A stretch of DNA of 64,000 nt from Nitrospira sp. (GTDB taxonomy: Bacteria; Nitrospirota; Thermodesulfovibrionia; Thermodesulfovibrionales; SM23-35), in contig VGWX01000002.1 of assembly GCA_016873615.1 (NCBI GenBank), forward strand, positions 5,101 to 69,100. The letters are read 5' to 3'. The notes beneath the pieces are model-generated. The model worked only from the letters and a program-made list of their open reading frames with translations. It was not told the DNA's origin and made no database searches. A program made the position numbers and the translations under genes. Shown here piece after piece: positions 1 to 10,620 of this stretch (positions are counted from its first letter, which is position 1; each line of letters starts with the position of its first letter).

Positions 1-63
1 ATCAAGCCCTTCTTTTGAATCAGCAAGGATATTGCTGCCGATCTTCACAACAAGTCGCTTCAT
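1..63 (-). CDS. proB: glutamate 5-kinase, first 21 codons only (gene runs off the left edge)
   Basis: Minus-strand ATG at 63-61 with GAGGT upstream. Translation MKRLVVKIGSNILADSKEGLD resembles ProB/amino-acid-kinase N-termini. Too short to be certain. Confidence 0.45.
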   Translation of the reverse strand, partial: MKRLVVKIGSNILADSKEGLD

Positions 64-162
64 ATAATTTTACCTCTGCAAAATTATACATCGGCATTGA
101 TCCTATTGTCATCAGGCAAGTTTCTGAAGATTAAGTTCGATTTCAGAATAAAATATGAGGCG

Positions 163-1578
163 CTACAACACTTTTAATGCTGACTCTGTAACCCGGGGGT
201 CAAACTGTGTATTAATACATCTCTTAAATTCCAGGAATGCATACTCTTTCCCCGGCGCTTGTCTGTGCGGTCTGTCTGCAGTCATTGAATCAAATGAGTC
301 AGCCACGTGGAGTATCCTTGCACCCACAGGAATATCTTCACCCTTAAGGCCGTCAGGATATCCTTTTCCATCTATTCTCTCATGGTGGTGGCGTATTAAA
401 GGTATAATATCCTTTAACTGCTTGACCGGTTTGAGGATTGAGACCCCCTGAACAGGATGTTTTTTTATCAGTTCAAGCTCCTTGTCTGTAAGATTCACCG
501 GCTTATCAATAAGCCCTTTATTAATTATTCCTATATCATGAAGGAGGGCAGCAAGCCTGATTTTCTCCATTTCCTCCTCACTGAGCCCCATCGCTTTCGC
601 AATCTTTATTGAATATGATGCTACCCTTTCAGAATGACCCCCCATACAGGGCCTTTTCTCATCTATTGCGTTCACTATTGCCCTCACAAAGTTAATAAAC
701 AACTCTTTGGTCTTGTAGTACGAATCAGAAATCTCGTCAATGATATCGAGAAAGAGATACTTATTTCGTTCGGTTTTATCAGTCCACAACTGCAGTTGTT
801 TAATACTTTCATTCAGGACCATCTCTTCCTTCTTGCGTGCGGTTATATCATGGATAGTTCCCCTGTAATAGATTAAATTGCCGTTTGTATCGCGGACAGC
901 GCGTACACTCTCTGAAATCCATATCTTGCTGCCGTCCTTATGATAAACCTGAGATTCAAATCCTGAGACAACTTCTGTTTTTTTTACTAAATTCATGAAC
1001 TTTGAACGACGTTTGGGTTCGATATATATTTGATCGCAATTGTCCTTCAGATCTGTCATCAGATCCTTTGGAGATTCATAACCCAAAATACGTGCAAGTG
1101 GTTTATTTGCTGCAATAAACTGTCCTTCTGATGAAGTTAAATAAATCCCTTCAACAGAGTTTTCGAAAATAGCCCGATATATCTCCTCTGATTTCTTTAA
1201 GCGCCGCACTTCCATAGCCCGTGATATCTTCATTAAAAGTTCCTCCGCCTTAAATGGTTTTATTACATAATCAAAGGCGCCAACTTCCCTGTCGCCTGCA
1301 GAAGTCTGTACGGTATCCTGACCTTTAATCACAATGCAGGCAAGATGGGGATCTATAACCAGAGCTGCCCGCATAAGTGCGATACCATCCGTATCAGGCG
1401 TTGCTGCGTCCGTCAAAAACATATCAACAGAGTGATTCTTCAATGCCTCAAGCGTACGCTCCCATAACGCACTGGCTGATACCATGTAGCCGACATTTGA
1501 GAGAATTCCGCATAAAGAGGTCATGAATTCAATGTCCTTGCTGAAAACCACGATCTTTTCTTTTTCAGGCTTATTCAT
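163..1578 (-). CDS. response-regulator receiver - PAS - HD-GYP protein (putative c-di-GMP phosphodiesterase)
   Basis: 471 aa ORF. N-terminal receiver (DMFLTD, KPF). PAS block (IFENSVEGIY...DGSKIWISES). C-terminal HD-GYP signatures LHDIGI and HHHERIDGKGYP. Confidence 0.85.
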   Translation of the reverse strand: MNKPEKEKIVVFSKDIEFMTSLCGILSNVGYMVSASALWERTLEALKNHSVDMFLTDAATPDTDGIALMRAALVIDPHLACIVIKGQDTVQTSAGDREVGAFDYVIKPFKAEELLMKISRAMEVRRLKKSEEIYRAIFENSVEGIYLTSSEGQFIAANKPLARILGYESPKDLMTDLKDNCDQIYIEPKRRSKFMNLVKKTEVVSGFESQVYHKDGSKIWISESVRAVRDTNGNLIYYRGTIHDITARKKEEMVLNESIKQLQLWTDKTERNKYLFLDIIDEISDSYYKTKELFINFVRAIVNAIDEKRPCMGGHSERVASYSIKIAKAMGLSEEEMEKIRLAALLHDIGIINKGLIDKPVNLTDKELELIKKHPVQGVSILKPVKQLKDIIPLIRHHHERIDGKGYPDGLKGEDIPVGARILHVADSFDSMTADRPHRQAPGKEYAFLEFKRCINTQFDPRVTESALKVL

Positions 1579-1700
1579 TTAATATTCCTTTGTTTGTTCA
1601 TAGTTTTTCCCAATCGATAAAGAATAACAAATCGCTTTTCATAAAAAATATCGTAAAAAATATATTCTTCTGTAGTATTTTTCCTACAATATTTATTCTA

Positions 1701-2333
1701 TTATTCTACTAATCCATGTTTCACAGCATAACGGATAACTTCTGCTATGGAATTCATGTTCATTTTTTCAAGTATCCTTGTCCTGTAGGTGCTTACAGTC
1801 TGTATGCTCAGTGATAACTCCTGAGCAATTTCCTTTAATGTCTTTCCCAGGGCTGACATGCACATTACCTGATACTCCCGATCAGAAAGCGTTTCATGAG
1901 ATGGCCTTTCAACATATATCTCCAGTTCAGAGATCAATTTCTCGGCAAGTGAAGCATTGACAAACTTTCCTCCCTTTGAAATTTTCCTTATTGCAGCAAT
2001 CAGTTCATCCGGCGCACTCTCTTTGGTCAGATAACCTGATGCGCCTGCACGTAAAGACCTTACCGCATACTGTTCCTCAGGATGCACACTCAACATGAGG
2101 ACAGGGAGTTTAGGGTTTTTCCTCTTTACCAGCCTGAGAATTTCAAGCCCATTTTTACCGGGCATCGAAATGTCCAGCAGAATCACATCATAATTATTTT
2201 CAGATATCTTATCGAGCGCTTCCAATCCATTGTCTGCTTCTTCAGAGACGATCATATCAGGAGTTTCAGATATAATCTGTTTCAAACCTTTTCGAACAAT
2301 GGCATGATCATCAGCAATAAAGATCTTTATCAT
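1701..2333 (-). CDS. NarL/LuxR-family response regulator (REC + LuxR HTH)
   Basis: 210 aa. MIKIFIADDHAIVRKGLKQI, DVILLDISMPGKNG, C-terminal LSDREYQVMCMSALGKTLKEIAQELSLSIQTVSTYR LuxR-type HTH. Confidence 0.9.
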   Translation of the reverse strand: MIKIFIADDHAIVRKGLKQIISETPDMIVSEEADNGLEALDKISENNYDVILLDISMPGKNGLEILRLVKRKNPKLPVLMLSVHPEEQYAVRSLRAGASGYLTKESAPDELIAAIRKISKGGKFVNASLAEKLISELEIYVERPSHETLSDREYQVMCMSALGKTLKEIAQELSLSIQTVSTYRTRILEKMNMNSIAEVIRYAVKHGLVE

Positions 2334-3771
2334 TCTTCTCTGCTCCCTTATTCAGCGGGATATTGACGTTTATTGTGGTTCCATTGCCGTTAATGCCGGC
2401 AATTCTTACAGTCCCCTGTAACAGATGGACACGCTCCCGTATGCCGGTCAAACCAAATGATTGAGGGCTTGAAAGCTGCTCATCAATAATCCCTTTTCCA
2501 TTATCGGCAACTTCCAGTTCTATTGTATCTGCAGCCTCTCTCAAGCATACTCTTACTAAAGTTGCATGCGCATGTCTTACAATATTAGTCAGGGCTTCCT
2601 GGAGTATGCGGTAAATGGCAGTGGAAGCATCCTGACTCAAAATAATATCATCAGGATCAAGGGTGAGCTCACATTTAATCCCTGTCCTTTTCTGGAATTC
2701 TCCTAATTGCCATTCAATAGCTGCTGCAAGGCCAAGGTCATCCAATAATCCCGGTCTTAGTTCTGCTGAAATCCTTTGCACTGTCTTCACGGCAGTATCG
2801 ATCAGATCTGACATTGATTGTGTCTTTGTGAACAGTGTTTTTTGATCTCCGGGGATTTTGGCGTTTAACCAGCATAAATCCATTTTCAGCGCTGTCAACA
2901 TCTGACCGAGTTCATCATGGATCTCGCGCGCCATATACATCCTTTCCTTTTCCCTTGCAGACTGTAAATGCGCAGAGAGATTACGCAGCTGTTCACGCGA
3001 TCTCCTCAGCTCCTCTTCAGCCTTTTTGCGCTCGGTGATATCTTCAACAATACCTTCATAGTAGAGCAATTCCCCGTTTGTCCCGTATACAGCAATGGCA
3101 TTCTCGGAAATCCATATTTTTCCGCCATCTTTCCGATATGCCTGTGACTCAAATCCCTGTACAACTCTTTTCATGCGCATATGCCGGATAAATTCTCTGT
3201 GACGCTGTGGTTCAACGTGGAGTTGACGCGCTATATCAGTGAGATTCATGATCAGATCTTCGGGCGAATCATACCCGAGGATACGTGACAGCGCAAGGTT
3301 AGCAGTAATATAACGCCCGCTGGGCGCCATCTGATAGATACCGCCTATCGCATTTTCGAAAATAGAGCGATATTTCTTCTCGGCCTCCCGCAGACGCCTG
3401 ACACTTATCGCACGGGATAAAATCTGCCGGAGCATTTCATAATTTAAGGGTTTCAGCATATAATCAAAAGCTCCAACCTTCATTGCATCAACAGCAGACT
3501 GAATTGTCCCCATTCCGGTTATGATTATGCCGAGAAGAGAAGGGTCTATTGTAAGCGCATCCTGTAACAGGGAGATGCCGTCCATTTCAGGCATAATGAG
3601 ATCAGTCAGGAGCAGGTCAAATGTCTGCTCCTTTAATTCCATTAGAGCGTCTTTTCCTGATGTATACCCTGCTACCAGATATCCATAACGCGAAAGCAGG
3701 TCGCACATAGGAGTCAGCGATTCGATATCATCATCAACAATAATCAATCGGCCTGATTCTAATTCAATCAC
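2311..3771 (-). CDS. hybrid REC-PAS-histidine kinase (HisKA_3 / NarX-type)
   Basis: 486 aa. Receiver (DLLLTDLIMPEMDG), PAS, H-box MAREIHDELGQ, HATPase boxes NIVRHA, DNGKGI, GLTGIRER. Overlaps the downstream LuxR regulator by 23 nt. Confidence 0.85.
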   Translation of the reverse strand: MIELESGRLIIVDDDIESLTPMCDLLSRYGYLVAGYTSGKDALMELKEQTFDLLLTDLIMPEMDGISLLQDALTIDPSLLGIIITGMGTIQSAVDAMKVGAFDYMLKPLNYEMLRQILSRAISVRRLREAEKKYRSIFENAIGGIYQMAPSGRYITANLALSRILGYDSPEDLIMNLTDIARQLHVEPQRHREFIRHMRMKRVVQGFESQAYRKDGGKIWISENAIAVYGTNGELLYYEGIVEDITERKKAEEELRRSREQLRNLSAHLQSAREKERMYMAREIHDELGQMLTALKMDLCWLNAKIPGDQKTLFTKTQSMSDLIDTAVKTVQRISAELRPGLLDDLGLAAAIEWQLGEFQKRTGIKCELTLDPDDIILSQDASTAIYRILQEALTNIVRHAHATLVRVCLREAADTIELEVADNGKGIIDEQLSSPQSFGLTGIRERVHLLQGTVRIAGINGNGTTINVNIPLNKGAEKNDKDLYC

Positions 3772-3955
3772 AATAAAAATACCTCTTTATACTATAATTT
3801 ATTATTAGCATTTGCTTCAATGGTTATTTGTTTATTCAGAAATGTAAATGATTATTAAGATTATTAACGTTTTTATTATAGCATTTGATATATATTTACG
3901 CATCTAAAAAATATGATATTGTGCCATTTCGATTATCACGATTTTATAGTATTAT

Positions 3956-4150
3956 TTGTATACAGAGTTTTATATGAAGAATCTTCGCAAAAAGAAAAAA
4001 CCAAGATATCGGATTCCTATTGATGCAGTTTTAAAATTGAGAACCCATCCTGTTTTATCAAAAAAGGGTGAGAAAGGATATAACAGGGAGCGTGTAAAAC
4101 AGGAAAACAGAAAAAGCATCAAAGACGAACATTTTGAAGAAAATGGTTGA
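3956..4150 (+). CDS. hypothetical small lysine-rich protein
   Basis: 64 aa ORF in an otherwise empty AT-rich gap upstream of scpB. No recognisable motif; could be non-coding. Confidence 0.2.
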   Translation: MYTEFYMKNLRKKKKPRYRIPIDAVLKLRTHPVLSKKGEKGYNRERVKQENRKSIKDEHFEENG

Positions 4151-4187
4151 ATTTTTCAGTTTATTCTGGTAAATTTAAAGTGTTTTT

Positions 4188-4721
4188 ATGGTGGAAGACA
4201 GAGAAAAGAAATCTGTTCTTGAAGCTTTTCTTTTTCTTTCAGGTGAAGTTTTGACATATGCTTCTCTGAAAGATATAACTGAAATTCCTGAACCTGAAGT
4301 AAAAAGGCTCATGGAAGATCTTATTAAAGAGTATAGAGAACGGAATGCCGGTTTGCTGATTGTTGAAATTGCCAATGGCTATCAGATGGTTACAAACCCT
4401 GAGTATGCGGATTGGGTCAGGAAATTCAAAAGCACACAGGTATCGAGCAGGCTGTCAATGCCGGCCCTTGAAACTCTTGCTATTATTGCTTACAGACAGC
4501 CTATAATAAGGGCTGAGGTCGAACAGATCAGGGGAGTAAATTCAGACAGTGCAATAAAAACACTGTATGAAAAAAGGCTTATTAAAATAATGGGGCGTAA
4601 GGAAGCGCCGGGCAGACCGTTTCTCTACGGAACAACGAGAGAATTTTTACAGTATTTCGGTCTGAAGGATCTGGCAGAATTGCCTACTCTCAAAGACCTT
4701 ACAAGAGAAGAGGCAGCATGA
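4188..4721 (+). CDS. scpB: segregation and condensation protein B
   Basis: 177 aa. LEAFLFLSGEVL, SRLSMPALETLAIIAYRQPIIRAEVEQIRGV, typical ScpB winged-helix pair. Confidence 0.85.
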   Translation: MVEDREKKSVLEAFLFLSGEVLTYASLKDITEIPEPEVKRLMEDLIKEYRERNAGLLIVEIANGYQMVTNPEYADWVRKFKSTQVSSRLSMPALETLAIIAYRQPIIRAEVEQIRGVNSDSAIKTLYEKRLIKIMGRKEAPGRPFLYGTTREFLQYFGLKDLAELPTLKDLTREEAA

Positions 4722-5857
4722 TTCAGGAGGTGAGCATGAAAAAGCTTTCTATATTAGTTACAACTCTAATTTTTACAATATTCATAACAGGGACTATTTA
4801 TGCCGACACTACGTACATCATAAAAAAAGGCGATAACCCATACAATATAGCAAAAAAATTCAAAATCAATACGCAGGATATCCTTAAAGCCAACAATATA
4901 AACCCGAAAAATATGAAACCAGGAACCAGGATAAACATACCGTCTGACAAAGATAACCCTTTACAGAAGAATACTTCTGCAAGAAATCAAAATATGGAGA
5001 CCTCCCAAAGCGTTGCTAAGAGCAATGTGAAAGCAATACAGTCCCATGAAGATCCTTCCGCTCATATAGTAAAAAAAGGGGACACCCTTTTATCCCTGTC
5101 GAAAAAATACTCGATACCGGTCAATGAACTCAGGGAACTCAATAATCTGAGGTCATCAAAACTGAAACCCGGACAGAAGCTTACACTGAGAAAGACTGGG
5201 CCAAAAACCTATACAGTGAAAAAAGGCGATAATGTTTATAAAATTGCAAAAAGATTTGATATTGATATCGATGAATTGAAAGAGATGAACGGGCTCGAAA
5301 CAGACCTTTTAAAACCGGGGCAGAAGATGCTTTTAGAGCATGAAACTGAGACTGATGAACCAAAAACCTACAACGCGATACTTTCTCAGGCATTCTCACA
5401 TTCAAATATCGAGGAAGAGTTGATGCAGGTTTCAGAATACGAAGAACACGGCATGAAAGACAGATTGATCCTCTTTGCAAAGAAACTGCTCGATATTCCG
5501 TACAGGTTTGGCGGAAACACCCTTTTGGGGATTGACTGTTCTGCTTACGTACAGAAGGTTTACAGTCTTGTCGGCGTCAATATCTCAAGGTCTGCAAGAC
5601 AACAGTTCACAGAAGGAAATCCTGTTGATAAAGAAGAGCTTTCTATCGGAGACCTCGTTTTTTTCAGGACATATGCTTCATTTCCCTCTCATGTAGGCAT
5701 TTACCTCGGCAACAACCTCTTTATCCATGCCTCATCAAGGAGCAAAAAGGTAACCATAGACAGTCTTGAAACACCTTACTACATCAAAAGATTTATCGGA
5801 GCAAAACGTCTGATAGACGGAGAAGAAAAGAAGGACGAACCTCAGAAGGAAGGGTAA
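4718..5857 (+). CDS. secreted peptidoglycan hydrolase, 3x LysM + NlpC/P60
   Basis: 379 aa. Signal-like N-terminus. Three LysM repeats (YIIKKGDNPYNIAKKF, HIVKKGDTLLSLSKKY, YTVKKGDNVYKIAKRF). NlpC/P60 core GIDCSAYVQKVY...HVGIYLG. ATGA overlap with scpB. Confidence 0.85.
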   Translation: MIQEVSMKKLSILVTTLIFTIFITGTIYADTTYIIKKGDNPYNIAKKFKINTQDILKANNINPKNMKPGTRINIPSDKDNPLQKNTSARNQNMETSQSVAKSNVKAIQSHEDPSAHIVKKGDTLLSLSKKYSIPVNELRELNNLRSSKLKPGQKLTLRKTGPKTYTVKKGDNVYKIAKRFDIDIDELKEMNGLETDLLKPGQKMLLEHETETDEPKTYNAILSQAFSHSNIEEELMQVSEYEEHGMKDRLILFAKKLLDIPYRFGGNTLLGIDCSAYVQKVYSLVGVNISRSARQQFTEGNPVDKEELSIGDLVFFRTYASFPSHVGIYLGNNLFIHASSRSKKVTIDSLETPYYIKRFIGAKRLIDGEEKKDEPQKEG

Positions 5858-7819
5858 TTAACCCTCATAAATTACCTTTCCCATATCTGAAACATCATAT
5901 CCGCCCAGGGCTGTTACTATGTTTTTGAACTCACTGTCTTCCTGTATGATCTTTATAAGGCGCCGGAGCATCTCTGTCTCGATAAATTCATGAGGTATTG
6001 CAAGATCATAGCGTTCCTTTGCTACCGGTATAAAATCGAGGTCAAGGGCCCGTGCTGATGCGAGGATAGCAAGTCCGGTGTCAGCAATACCTGTAAGCAC
6101 AGCAGAGGCAACACCCATGTGCGTATATTCCTCCCTTTCATACCCCCTTACGTCTCCCTGTTTTATGCCGATATCCTTCAGGCATTTGTCTGTAAGAAGT
6201 CTCGTTCCTGCACCTGATTGTCTGTTCACAAAGATGACATCTTTCCTCGTCAGATCTTTAAATCCCTTTATATCCTTTGGATTGCCTTTGGGAACAATAA
6301 GACCCTGCTCCCTGTATACCAGATTCATGAGGATAATTTTTCTTCCGGTAAGCAGCCGTTTAATGAACGGGACATTATATTCTCCAGTTTCCTCATGAAG
6401 GAGGTGAGTTCCCGCCATATGCGCCTCGCCCCTTTTTAGCGCCATCAGACCTCCCATTGACCCCACATGGGCTGAAGAGAGGGAGAATCCCGGAAATCTT
6501 TTCTTTAATATATTTGCAAGAAGGTCAAGCGCATTGTCATGACTTCCGATGCAGACGATTGTGCTCTCAATCTCAGATTTGGACCTCATTAACTCTATGT
6601 CTACTTCAGCGCCTGCGCCTAAGCCCTCAGACATGGCAGGGATTCTTACAAAACCATCAGCCCTTACAAGAGACATAAGCGCCCCTGCGCCACGGGTGAC
6701 CGGAGTTGCTATGAAATTATCTCCGACCTTTCCAACCTTTACCCTCAGGAATTCCTCCTGTCCAATAACTGATGCTGCCTGTCTGGACATCTTTGCCCTG
6801 AGTATTTCAGGCTCTTCCATTTCAATTCCCTGCCGTTTATACAAAAGGGGTTTGGCAAATAAATTGAATGTTATATAAGCAGATACCGGATATCCGGGGA
6901 TACCGAGGACAGGTTTCTCTTTTACCCATCCAAGGATAACCGGCTTTCCGGGCTTAATGTTTACGCCATGGAGCGCTATTTCTCCAAGGTCTTTTATGGC
7001 CTTTGCGGTGAAGTCTTCTGAACCGGCTGAGGCGCCTGCATTAATGACTATAAGATCTCCCATATCATAGGCTTCGAGAATTGCCTTTTTCAGCTCTTCA
7101 AGGTTATCAGGGATGATCCTGAATCTGACAGGTTCGCCTCCCCATTCACAGACAAGACCGCCGAGAATTCTTGAGTTGTACTCGATAATGTCGCCTTTCT
7201 TTAAATCAGAGCCCGGCTCTACAATTTCAGTGCCTGTAGGGATAATGACTACCTTCGGTTTCCTTCTGACCGACACATCAATATGTCCGCCTGCAAGCAT
7301 TGCTCCGATATCAACAGGCCTTATCTTTTGATTTTCCGGCAGTATCAGTTCAGTCGCTACAATGTCTTCACCAATAACCCGAACATGCTGCCAGGGTGTT
7401 GCAGGTGATAATATTTCAATGTATTCGGTTGCAGTTGCCTCTGAACTCTGCTCTTTGCTCTTTGCTTTAATAATATTCACATCCTCGATCATTATAACTG
7501 CATTGAATCTGTCAGGTATGGGATCGCCTGTGTCAACATAAACAGCCTCTTCGCCTGTTTTCAGTCTTTTAGGGTTTCTTTCTGTTGCGCCGAATGTGTC
7601 TGCAAATCTTACAGCATAGCCATCCATTGCTGAGGAGTGATAAAAAGGAGAGGAGATGTCTGCAGTTACCGCCTGAGCGGTAACCCTTCCAAGGGAGTCT
7701 GTGACTTTGATTTTCTCGCCTGAAAGCGGTCTCATAACCAGCCCGGAATCAAGCCTTTGAAGCCATTTTGATAATGCCTCGTGTAAAGGAGTGCTTTCAA
7801 GATAGATGTTACGGGACAT
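5858..7819 (-). CDS. moeA: MoeA-like molybdopterin molybdenumtransferase fused to a periplasmic-binding-protein-like domain
   Basis: 653 aa. MoeA N-terminal and MoCF-binding regions (SAMDGYAV, PTGTEIVEPG, INAGASAGSEDF), then a C-terminal ~230 aa PBP-like domain (IVCIGSHDNALD...VNRQSGAGTR). Confidence 0.8.
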   Translation of the reverse strand: MSRNIYLESTPLHEALSKWLQRLDSGLVMRPLSGEKIKVTDSLGRVTAQAVTADISSPFYHSSAMDGYAVRFADTFGATERNPKRLKTGEEAVYVDTGDPIPDRFNAVIMIEDVNIIKAKSKEQSSEATATEYIEILSPATPWQHVRVIGEDIVATELILPENQKIRPVDIGAMLAGGHIDVSVRRKPKVVIIPTGTEIVEPGSDLKKGDIIEYNSRILGGLVCEWGGEPVRFRIIPDNLEELKKAILEAYDMGDLIVINAGASAGSEDFTAKAIKDLGEIALHGVNIKPGKPVILGWVKEKPVLGIPGYPVSAYITFNLFAKPLLYKRQGIEMEEPEILRAKMSRQAASVIGQEEFLRVKVGKVGDNFIATPVTRGAGALMSLVRADGFVRIPAMSEGLGAGAEVDIELMRSKSEIESTIVCIGSHDNALDLLANILKKRFPGFSLSSAHVGSMGGLMALKRGEAHMAGTHLLHEETGEYNVPFIKRLLTGRKIILMNLVYREQGLIVPKGNPKDIKGFKDLTRKDVIFVNRQSGAGTRLLTDKCLKDIGIKQGDVRGYEREEYTHMGVASAVLTGIADTGLAILASARALDLDFIPVAKERYDLAIPHEFIETEMLRRLIKIIQEDSEFKNIVTALGGYDVSDMGKVIYEG

Positions 7820-8175
7820 TATTGCTTTGTCAGGAGTTTTTTGATCATTATCTTCAGTTCGTCAAGGTCCGATGATTTAACAATATATGCCTCCGAAGCC
7901 CATACTGCAAAGTCATCCCTGTAATCATAGGCTGTAGACATAATGACCGGAATCTTTGGATTTTTCTCCTTCATCTGCCTCAGGACCCTGATACCGTCAA
8001 TGTCAGGCAAAAGGATATCGAGGGTAACTATATCAGGAGATTCTTTTTCGAACATTTCAATCGCTTCCTGGCCATTCGATGCGACAACAACTTCATAGCC
8101 TTCATCCTCAAACTCCTCTTTATAAAGCCTTTGGATATGCAGGTCATCATCAACTATAAGTATTTTCATAATCAT
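7819..8175 (-). CDS. single-domain CheY-like response regulator
   Basis: 118 aa. KILIVDDD, DIVTLDILLPDIDG, receiver Lys region. The stop shares 1 nt with the moeA start (TAATG). Confidence 0.85.
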   Translation of the reverse strand: MIMKILIVDDDLHIQRLYKEEFEDEGYEVVVASNGQEAIEMFEKESPDIVTLDILLPDIDGIRVLRQMKEKNPKIPVIMSTAYDYRDDFAVWASEAYIVKSSDLDELKIMIKKLLTKQ

Positions 8176-8184
8176 TCCTCCCTT

Positions 8185-10620
8185 TTATTGATCACTTACG
8201 GGTATTAATACCCTGAATGTACTTCCTGCACCTAATTTGCTCTCCACCTCTATGCTGCCTCCATGCTCCTCTATAATCCTGTGTGTTATCGTAAGGCCAA
8301 GTCCGGTTCCCGCCTTCTTTGTAGTAAAAAACGGATCGAATATGAATGGGAGGTCTGCTTCAGCTATGCCCGCGCCGGAATCTTTGAACTCAAACACACA
8401 TGTGCTGTTTTTTGCATAGGTCTTTACTGATACCGTGCCATTGTTGTCAACCGCCTGAAGGGCATTTTTCAGTATATTGAAGAATGCATCTTTGATCCTG
8501 TTAGGATCAACAAAAATATCAACAGGGTTCCCTAACTCCTTAATGATTAATATTTGCTTATCATCAATCTCTGACTCTATGAGGGCAACAACCTCATCTA
8601 CGAGCTTATTGGCGTCAACAGTCTCCTTTATAATCCTTGTATCCTTAACAAAACTGAGGATTTCATTAAGTATGCCTTCAAGTCTTCCCACCTCTTTTGC
8701 AATAATATCAGCATACTCTTTCATATTGCCTTCCAGTTTCTTTTCGAGCCTCCTTGCAAACCCGCCGAGCGAGACAAGAGGATTCCGTATCTCATGGGCA
8801 ACACGCGCTGCAACTTCCCCGAGCGCTGCCATCCTGTCCGTCTTTATAACTTTCTCACGCAGGTTTTTCAATTCTGTGATGTCGCTGACAACATTGACAG
8901 TCCCTATGAATTCACCTGAAATATCAAATATCGGTGAACTTGACGTAATAAAAGTACCTCCCATATAGGGGTCCTCGACCTCTTCAACAAATGCCACTCT
9001 CTTCTGAACAGTCTTCTGGTGCGGGCATTCAGTCCATGGTTCTTTTGTTCCATGAAATACTTCATAACATTTCTTCCCTATAATTTCCTCAGGAGGTTTT
9101 CCTAATCTCAGGCTGACAGCTTTATTGATATTCTTGACAACATAATCTTCGGTAACGAAATAGACCATGTCTGATATAGACTCAAATATATTCTCAAGCT
9201 CCTGCTCTGTAAGCTTAACCTGCTCAAAGAGTCTCGCATTTTCTATAGCTGCCGCAACATGGTTTGAGAAGGCTGACAAGAAACGCATATCCTCCTCGGT
9301 AACAGGCCTCCTGTTGAAATAGTTGTCCACCCAGAGAACTCCCAGTACTTTGTCCCTGGATATCAGTGGCACAACAGCATAGGCCTGTGTTCCCAATTGC
9401 TGTATGAGCAGTATGTCCGAGAGCGGCTCACTGCCTACGTCGTCAACAGTAAAAAGCTTTTTCTCCTTTACAGCCTTTGCAAGGATTGTATCTTCTGAAA
9501 GAGGTATCTCTATCCCCTGGCTAAGTTTATCAAAAAACGAGTCCTTTTTTGACGGACCGACTTCTATTTCGTGCATAATATCAGGCAATGTCTTTCTCTC
9601 AAGTGATAGACTGTCCCATATATGGAATGCCTCATCATGGCTTGCCGGTCCCACACCCATCGCGCCTTTCAACAGATTTCTGTCTTCATCAACGAGAAAA
9701 AGGATAGCCCGGTTAAACCCAAGCCCTTCACCCATAGTAACTGCCGTAAGAACCATCCTCAGCAATCTATCAAGTTCAAGGGTTCCCCTCATTGCCGAAC
9801 TTATAAAGAAAAGCCTCGACAGTTCCTGATTTCTCCTGACGAGTTCCTTTTCTACATTCTTCTTTTCAGATATATCCCTCGAAATTCCACTGATACCGAT
9901 GACTTCTCCGGCAGCATTCTTTATCGGAGAGAGTGTGAGGCTTACAGATATGATTGTCCCGTCATGTTTTTTTCTGAACGTCTCGATCCTTCTGAGCACC
10001 TCTCCGTTTCTGATCCTTTGGTTATATTCCCACTCAGGGTCAAGAAGGAATTCAGGCACAAAAGGTAAATATTTTCCCAATGCATCTTCTTTGGTAAATC
10101 CATATATCCTCTCCGCCCCCTTGTTCCAGGAAGTAATGATACCATTCAGGTCAGAAGTGACTATTGCGTCTGCAGAATTTTCTATGATGCCCTCAAGATA
10201 CTCTTTTGTCTGGGCAACCTCATTATAGAGCCTGAGAACCTCGTTATGACAGAGCATCCTGTCGGTTATATCCTGAATAAATACAACACATTCAGCAACT
10301 TCCTCTGCATTCTGTTTAACGGGATACACCGAAAGTTCGGCATAATGTGTAGCCCCTTCACGGCTTATCTTCTGGGTTACAACATTTACCTCGCCTGTTT
10401 TAAATGTCACCTCTGCAGCGCAATGCGGACATATCAGGCTGTTGTTATGAAATACTTCCATACAGTCTTTATCCATAAGCTCAGCAACAGGCTTTTCTGT
10501 CCACTTCCCGACAGAGTTGTTGACTGCAAGTATCCTGTAATTTCTGTCAATTATCAGAACTCCATCGCGGATGTTTTCAAAGATCACCTCTGTAAATTTT
10601 TGTCTGTTAGCCAGGTCCAT
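8185..10620 (-). CDS. PAS/GAF/PAS sensor histidine kinase
   Basis: H-box VAHEIRNPL, N/G boxes NALQAV, DSGAGI, GTGLGL. PAS and GAF segments upstream. I start it at Met27 (MDLANRQKF, 10620), because the long ORF to 10698 would overlap the glgA 3' end by 67 nt. Confidence 0.85.
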   Translation of the reverse strand: MDLANRQKFTEVIFENIRDGVLIIDRNYRILAVNNSVGKWTEKPVAELMDKDCMEVFHNNSLICPHCAAEVTFKTGEVNVVTQKISREGATHYAELSVYPVKQNAEEVAECVVFIQDITDRMLCHNEVLRLYNEVAQTKEYLEGIIENSADAIVTSDLNGIITSWNKGAERIYGFTKEDALGKYLPFVPEFLLDPEWEYNQRIRNGEVLRRIETFRKKHDGTIISVSLTLSPIKNAAGEVIGISGISRDISEKKNVEKELVRRNQELSRLFFISSAMRGTLELDRLLRMVLTAVTMGEGLGFNRAILFLVDEDRNLLKGAMGVGPASHDEAFHIWDSLSLERKTLPDIMHEIEVGPSKKDSFFDKLSQGIEIPLSEDTILAKAVKEKKLFTVDDVGSEPLSDILLIQQLGTQAYAVVPLISRDKVLGVLWVDNYFNRRPVTEEDMRFLSAFSNHVAAAIENARLFEQVKLTEQELENIFESISDMVYFVTEDYVVKNINKAVSLRLGKPPEEIIGKKCYEVFHGTKEPWTECPHQKTVQKRVAFVEEVEDPYMGGTFITSSSPIFDISGEFIGTVNVVSDITELKNLREKVIKTDRMAALGEVAARVAHEIRNPLVSLGGFARRLEKKLEGNMKEYADIIAKEVGRLEGILNEILSFVKDTRIIKETVDANKLVDEVVALIESEIDDKQILIIKELGNPVDIFVDPNRIKDAFFNILKNALQAVDNNGTVSVKTYAKNSTCVFEFKDSGAGIAEADLPFIFDPFFTTKKAGTGLGLTITHRIIEEHGGSIEVESKLGAGSTFRVLIPVSDQ

